A stretch of 64,000 nt of DNA from Sphagnum compactum (lineage: Eukaryota), in the NCBI GenBank assembly GCA_965153455.1, contig OZ234494.1:10354001-10418000 (forward strand). The letters are read 5' to 3'. This document shows positions 57,401 to 64,000 of this stretch, piece by piece. A program made the translations under genes and the position numbers. Position 1 is the first letter of the stretch; each line of letters begins with the position of its first letter. Below the pieces are notes generated by a model that saw nothing but the letters and a program-made list of their open reading frames with translations, did not search any database and was not told the origin of the DNA.

Positions 57401-60053
57401 TTTGTTACCCCATACAGTGTGACTTGTGGCATTGGTTCCAAGGGGCCATTAGAAAATGGTGGAAAGATTGAGAGAATTAAAATCCAAAGAGGTTATAGTC
57501 CGTCATACTGATAATGTGCTTCTGACTTTGCAGAGCCTTTCCAAATTCAACTTGCCTGTCACACTACCTAATGGGCGTGGCATGGGCATGGGCTCTGGAC
57601 CAATGACAATTTCATCAGGACCGATGCTTCCTTCCATTCCAGCAATAGGCAGTAGAGGAGCACGTGTCAGTCAGGAGCCAAATGTCCTTCCTATAGGAGA
57701 GGTGTCAGTCCCAGCCAATGAACCTGACTTATATGATCCAGATCAGCCATTATGGAATAAAGACCGAATTGGACCATCAGGGAGGATCACAAAGCTACCA
57801 TCATTTCACAAGGGACCCCGAGAGCAGGTCTGGGAGGGAGATGCAGGGAACAACCACAAGACTGACAGATCTAGTGAGGTCCTGATGGGTGGAGGAGCAT
57901 CAGATGGTGGGATGCATGGAGCTGATGTAGGGTCTACTGTGTGGGATCGGATTGGGCCTGTTGATCGGAGTGCAGAGGGTAGACCATCAGCGAAGGACAG
58001 GATAGAGGACCAGCAAGTTCAAAGTAGAGGAAGGGGACTTTGGCCAGGGAAATGGGAACGGCAATTGGAGACTCCACATGTGCATGCTGTTACAGGACGT
58101 GGGAGAGGGGTTACTGCACGAGGGGAGGTAGGACTGCCTGGTCAGCGAGCTAAGGAGGGGTCTAGCTTTGGATCACGATCAACCATAGCACATGGTGTGG
58201 TATCAGAGCGAGCTCACCAGACATTGTATGTAAGCTGCATACCTCCCACTTCAAATCGGGCTGAAGTCTTGCTATCACACTTTGAGAAGTTTGGACAGGT
58301 TGTGGATGTACGAATACCACCACACAGTGATAGAGCTTTTGTCCAATTTGCTTCTAGAGAAGCTGCAGAATCAGCTCTGGCATCGCCAGATGCTGTCCTG
58401 GGGAATCGTTTCATTCGTCTTTCATGGGCCAACCGTGATAGCATCCTCAGCAATAATGTTGGATCCTCCCCTGCCACTGGTCACTTGCTTTCTACTGGGT
58501 CTGAGCCTGCAGCTGTGCATTCCATACACAATTCGAAAGGAATGGACAAGCTTGGACTTGCTCAGTTGAATGGAATGGGCTCAGGCTATGTACCAGAGAC
58601 TCCAGCAAAGGAAAGGGTTGGCCAGGTGGCCACATCAAATGGTTCCCAATCTTCTGTGGCTGCCTCAGGAGGAATTGTACAAAAAAAGCAGGAGGAACTG
58701 GAGCTGATGCGAGAGAAGATTCGTCAGAAGCAGGAAGCTCTTGCAAAAAAGCGTGATGAGTTTCGGCGTAAGCTGGAGAGACTTTCCAATCAGGTGATTG
58801 TCCTTCATTTTGCTGCATTCTCTTAATCATGAGAATGGAGATTTCTCAATTCTTATGAGAGATATTCATTTTGCTGCAGTCTGTCCAGCCATCAGCATTG
58901 AAATGAATGGGCTTGAGCACAACCCTGGGTAGTTTCATGATGCTGAAAAAGTTGCAGGTTGCCCTCCATTTCATCTGTAGTGCTGATTGTGCTCATTTTG
59001 ATATTTGTCTGGTCCCAGGGAGCTGGGGAGCAAGGAGATAACTCAGAAGATCAGCAGGCCAGCAAACGACAGAAGCTGGATGACAATGGAGACTCTAATA
59101 TTGGGAAGGAAGGTGTAGCGGCAGGTGGTGCCCTAACCACTGCTGCATTGAGGAAAAGCATCTCAGGAGAAATTCCACATGCCTCACCCAAGCTTGGAAA
59201 ATCACCACATCCAAATATGAACACTCCTGGGGCAATTGCTGGTCACACGTCCCCAGCTGCTTGGGGTCCTGCCCGTTTCAAATTGGATAATCGTCCCTCT
59301 GTCCTTAGAGTCCTTGCCCCACTTCCACCTACTCTGACAGATGTAAGTTTTGTGTGAATCTTCTGAACCACAACGTCTATTCTATGAACCAACTTGACCA
59401 ATTATATCAGTTGTCTGTGTTTGAGGAGAAGTTTGTCTAAGATCATAGCCCAGGTGTTAGTTACTCTTCTGTCACCTTGACAGTGTACAAGATCTAGGTG
59501 CAATATCCAACCTCTTTCTGGGAATTGGGATTGGTTTCTGTGGTTTTGGCAGGTAGCAGTTGCAAGAGAACATTTTGCCATGTTTGGAGAAGTTGCTACC
59601 CTGGAAGTAGAGGATGCGGAAGGTCACAAAGTTGATATCACACAACCATTGACTGTCAACAGTAACTTGCGTGTGAGTTTCACCAATCGACGAAGTGCAG
59701 AGAGAGCACTAGGGCAAGGCAAGTGGTTACAGGGCCAAACTCTGCATCTGGCTTGGGCCCCTGTGTCAAGTAGTCGGGTTACAGATGGGAATGGAGCTGC
59801 CAACAACTCTTTGTTGAGAGGGGATCCAGAGGCACTTAATAGCAGAGAAGGAAGTGGACATGATGAAAATGCAGGGATAGGGGAGTACACCCCAGAGGAA
59901 GATAAGGCAAGTGCCAAGGATGCAAGGAGACAGGTTATATTGAGGGTTGCACAGCAGGAATCATCAGGACAATGTACAGACACAGCAGGTATGAGCAGTA
60001 GCAGTGCAACAGTGCAGCCACTTCTGTGGAGTGGTGCCAGCCCTCTTGCATAG
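54436..60053 (+). CDS. PWI + CCCH zinc finger + RRM RNA-binding protein (RBM26/RBM27-like), ~1043 aa
   Basis: Exons 54436-54491, 55197-55315, 55584-56455, 57534-58793, 59019-59342, 59553-60053, in frame. PWI EADPTLLADYVVALLK, zinc finger RCPDFEERGFCLRGDLCPLEHG, RRM TLYV..HFEKFGQV..AFVQF..VLGNRFIRLSWA, coiled coil, FKLDNRP plus a second RRM. 3' end uncertain. Confidence 0.92.
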
Positions 60054-60859
60054 GGAAATGTGCACCCAGAGAATGGTATTGTTACTACACAAAGTGAACC
60101 ACAGGTAAGATTCTGTACTTTGTACAGCTTTCTGTTACAACCTCCAAAAGAGTAGTGGCAAGAAGTTGCCAGCTGTGCAGCTCATTATGTAGTCTTTAGA
60201 CAGCTATATTTTGCATACCAATGAAGAAGTCAATTGGCTTTTGGTGACTGTCAAGCAGTGAGGTTTTAGTCAAGTGCAGGCTGTGTTAGTGTGCAACTGG
60301 AATTTTTTTCTGCTATGTGCACTTCTGGTTTGTAGATTATAGTAAGTCATACCAAGGTTCTGCTACAGACTCTCCTTGGATTGAGAGTGGTCACTCTCCA
60401 TTGGAAAGGAGTGTTAACATTTGCAACTGTTTGCTGACGCATGCCAGTTTTGGATAAGTGACCAGAAAGGTCTGCACAACCTCAATGGCATTCTTTCTTA
60501 GTGAGAAATGCAACTCAGTCCCAACTTCTTGTGACATTCGACTTTCATTTTGGTCTGCTGAATTTACTGTTAGGCCAGACCAATCAGGCATTGCTAAGTT
60601 GTACAGTTGGGTGCAGATTTGTGCCTGTTGTGAGCCTAACAGTTTGCCATTATACATTCACCCTTGTCCCTGGTGGTTTTTGCTTACACTATGCTTGTAG
60701 TGAAGTGAGATTGGTGCAAGTTGATGGGGATTGTGAATGAGCCAACTCTGTACAGGATCATGAATTGCTTACTCTCTGATAAGCATCCAGTTTTAGAATC
60801 TAGGATTTAATGCTAACCAATTTCAACATGTACAGTTGCTGAGCAGGGTGCAAATGCTA

Positions 60860-61070
60860 CAGTGAAATAAACAACAGAAGCCAGCAAGAATGCTATAGAT
60901 ATTGTGCAAACACCAGCTCCATATGGAATGCCTTCAGAAGATGGAGCTGCAAGCTCCAAAACTCACATCAGTGAAATAAACAACAGAAGCCAGCAAGAAT
61001 GCCATAGATATTGTGCATACACCAGCTCCGTATGGAATGCCTTTGGAAGACGGAGCTGCAAAACTCACAC
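60860..61070. repeat. Tandem duplication, ~109-bp unit
   Basis: cagtgaaataaacaacagaagccagcaagaatgc.. starts at 60860 and 60969. Confidence 0.92.
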
Positions 61071-62456
61071 CATGCAATGGCTTGAGTGCAGCATGGTGAC
61101 TTGTATGTGACTACCTTGGCAAAAGTTGAGGAGGCTATAACAGCTGGTGGCTGAAAAATTGCACAAGGATAAATATATGACTTCAATACCTGTCTTGATG
61201 CTTCCTGATGATCAACTGCCCTGTTTGATTCCACCCTATACTGATTTGAACCTTGCACATGTGACTGGTTATCCAAGAGTGAAAATTAGGCGTCTTGGCA
61301 AGAATGGCAGCTTCCTACTCTCCTTTCAAAGATCACTGCTAAAGAACTAATCCAAACTTGGGGATGCACACTCAGTTGTGTCATGCTATTGTTGAAACAA
61401 ATTACCTAATGTGTTCAGTCAAAGGGGTTTGAAGATTTGAAAAATACAAGTACCATTGTAGCATTGACAACAATTCAAAACCAGACCTTACATGCCTCGG
61501 CAATGCCCACAATTCCATTAATGCCCTTCACTTGCTTACAGATGTGAGCTTTGTAAAACTTCATTCAGTGCCAATTAATTCATCAGCACTCCAAGTAGAG
61601 TATGGAGCCCTTACTGCTGTTTTTCTTTTCTTGTGGAAGGGCATGTTCCCCTGCTCTGTGGAGGAACTTTTCCTTTCAAAACAAAGTTCCTAATGTACCT
61701 GTCAAGTATCACAAAAAACCCTTGAAAAGAGAAGCAGGGGAGTGTTACAGAGAATAACAGTAAGGCACTGGGGTCCAGTCGTTACCAGACCAATACATGG
61801 GTATTGTTCCTCATGTGTAGAGACTGTTATTGCAAAGACAGCGCATGCAGATGTGGTTATTGTTAGATTATGCAAAAGCTGTTTAAAGAGGATCTGACCC
61901 AAAAACTGCAAAACTGCATTGTCTTGCAACTCAGGCCTCTCACTACAGCAAAACTCAATGAACACAACTCTATAGCTGGAAATTTTTCAAAGCACAAAGG
62001 ATATCCAAGCCTAGATATCATCTGAGTGGTGGAAATTCTAGCTATTGACCACTTCTAGCTGTAAAAGGTCACTGAATATCAGAGTTCAGATATTCTATTT
62101 GGCCCTTTAAAGGTAGGACTTGTAATGGTTTAAAATTTTCTGACTGCTTGTCTTCAATTCTCATGTTGGGTGACCTGCCAGACAGAGGAAGCCATTTGTT
62201 AGTGAAAAAGGTTGCAACCATGGGAGCTATGGATATGCATATCAATAGATGATTGGTCATGGTCCACACAAACCATTGTCCTGCCTGGCAATGCATTACG
62301 TTTGCAGGGCTCCTGAGGCACAAGTTGTACAGCAGCCCCTATGTCCATGAGTTAAAAAATTGCATACAACGCATCTACAGAAAGATCACAAGTACCACAT
62401 AGAACTTCAAGGAACATAAGACTTGTGCAACCAAAATCTCAGTGTAAGTTGGGATT

Positions 62457-63946
62457 CTAAGTCATTTTGGACTCCCATTTAGGGATTGCAGCGGGGTCAA
62501 TGTCCCAGCAATTAGTGGGAATGTTGATGCCCTCATTGCCTCTCATCCTGTAAGCAGGTACTCTATGTGAAAAATAGTGCATGAGCTTGGGGGGAAGGAT
62601 GCCTTTCTTGTATGCAGGCACCCAAAAAGTCCGAAATCCTGGGAGCTTCCCAAGTGCTTGAACCCCAGGCGACCTGCCAGGCCCACAGCCAGATAGAATC
62701 TCAACTAACCGGAAGCCAGGCTCTTTTGCACAATCTCTTCCGTTGGGCTTTTCTGACCTGTCACCCTCTTTCTCACTAGTCTTGTCTGCTGTTGACTTGT
62801 TTCTGTTTCTGTGAAATGCCCACACTTCTCCCTTGTTGGGATAGATTTGAACATGCCTGTTAGAGAGTCCAGTAACTATCATTTGGTGCGAGAAAATGCT
62901 GATGGTATTACACCTACCATCCCTGCCATCTTTAAATTCACCACAGGAAAGAGAGTAGCCATGGGTCTGCTTCAATCAACAAAGCCAGAAGAAAACGGTT
63001 AATGTAAAGCAAGAGCAGGAAGAATGAACCATAGGAAATTTGAGCTCTAGTGGGTGCACTTGTTTATCACAATCAGAGGAGTACAGGTATCACAATTGGA
63101 GATCAAACATCCAATACTTGCAATTATCCAAAACAGGAAAAAAATCAAAAGAGGAGGACAGGTACCATAATCTGAGATCAAACATGCAATTCATGCAACT
63201 ACCCAAAAGGAAGAAAAAGTCAACAATTGTAAGAGAAACCAATCTAGCTTTAAGACATACTTCACGTGTGATCAGACTTTGGAGCCCTTGTATCATTTAC
63301 AGATCGGACAGTGAAGTCCCATCAATAGTGATAGAATTGGTTTTGACCTGCTGGCTTCAGAATATTACCAACCCAGTTCATCAGCTGTATATCTGGATTG
63401 ACGCATCTCTCCAGAAATTCAATTCCTACTTTGGTAATAACCATTCTTTGGAAGCAATGGTTATTAATCATTACCAATTCATCAGAAATCAGGATGGACA
63501 AATGTAAATATGCAAAAGAAAGTGCAGTACAGCCCATCAATATGCTATGACACCCAAATATCCAAAGGCGAAGCATAAATGGCAGGAACAGGCCATTTTA
63601 AATGGCCTAAAATCTAAGGACTGTAAACCACGTGGCATCATAAATGGAAGAGAGGCCATGTTTGATTCTTGGCAATCAGAAAATAGCCAGATATGAGCTT
63701 GCCCATAGAGGCAGAAAATCAGAGGGAAGGTGCTAGCATGTATAGGCAGAGAAAAGTAGGGATAGGAGGGAAGGAGATAACAGGGAGAGGGATGGCCCTG
63801 ACCTGTTGCCACTGGTGCTCCTGTGGAGATAGGTTTATGCGCTCCAACCACTTAAACCATGCTCTGAAGGGAGGCCTCCGGGACACCTTTGTGATGCGCA
63901 CCCAGGTACGTGGCATATCATCCACTTCATCATATAACGCCCATAT
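62457..63946 (-). CDS. DUF3444-domain protein (often DnaJ-DUF3444), last two exons; gene continues beyond the window
   Basis: Exons 63946-63803 (IWALYDEVDDMPRTWVRITKV..WLE) and 62966-62457 (SCGEFK..IFSHQ..IYPNKGEVWA..VEIL..FSHRVPAY..WDIDPAAIP). Confidence 0.88.
63076..63228. repeat. Intronic 75-bp tandem duplication
   Basis: gaggag.acaggta.ca.aat..gagatcaaacat.caat at 63076 and 63151. Confidence 0.8.
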
Positions 63947-64000
63947 CTGCCATCATCACAATGCCATGGTTAATCCCACTTCCACCAGCCAAAGAAGGGG

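Noticed and set aside
55447..59983. Antisense ORFs over the RBM26-like exons
   Set aside because: Shadow ORFs of real coding sequence.
63261..63347. Possible stop-containing cassette exon in the DUF3444 intron
   Set aside because: Only splice dinucleotides support it; weak polypyrimidine tract and no transcript evidence.

Overview
Land-plant nuclear DNA with GT-AG introns, CCCTAAA telomere-type motifs and AT-rich, transposon-littered intergenic space. Gene and repeat style suggest a moss, probably Sphagnum (inference). Apparently intact genes: a 2-exon PRELI/MSF1 lipid-transfer gene (+, 19193-20052), a 9-exon hexokinase with a likely plastid transit peptide (-, 41895-38536), a 6-exon PWI/CCCH/RRM RBM26/27-like gene (+, 54436-60053), and the last two exons of a DUF3444 gene (-, running off the right edge). 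A probable 5' UTR of another gene runs off the left edge. The most striking feature is four decayed housekeeping genes that the ORF track largely hides: plastidic glucose transporter, RPP30, chloroplast RbgA GTPase and MED31. Many of their stops are TGA at Arg positions, which points to a duplicated segment undergoing methylation-driven fractionation. The window also holds Helitron-like, CACTA-like, MITE, hAT, Gypsy and Copia relics and several candidate RNA hairpins. I found no convincing novel system. All homology calls come from my recollection of the protein families, not from database searches.
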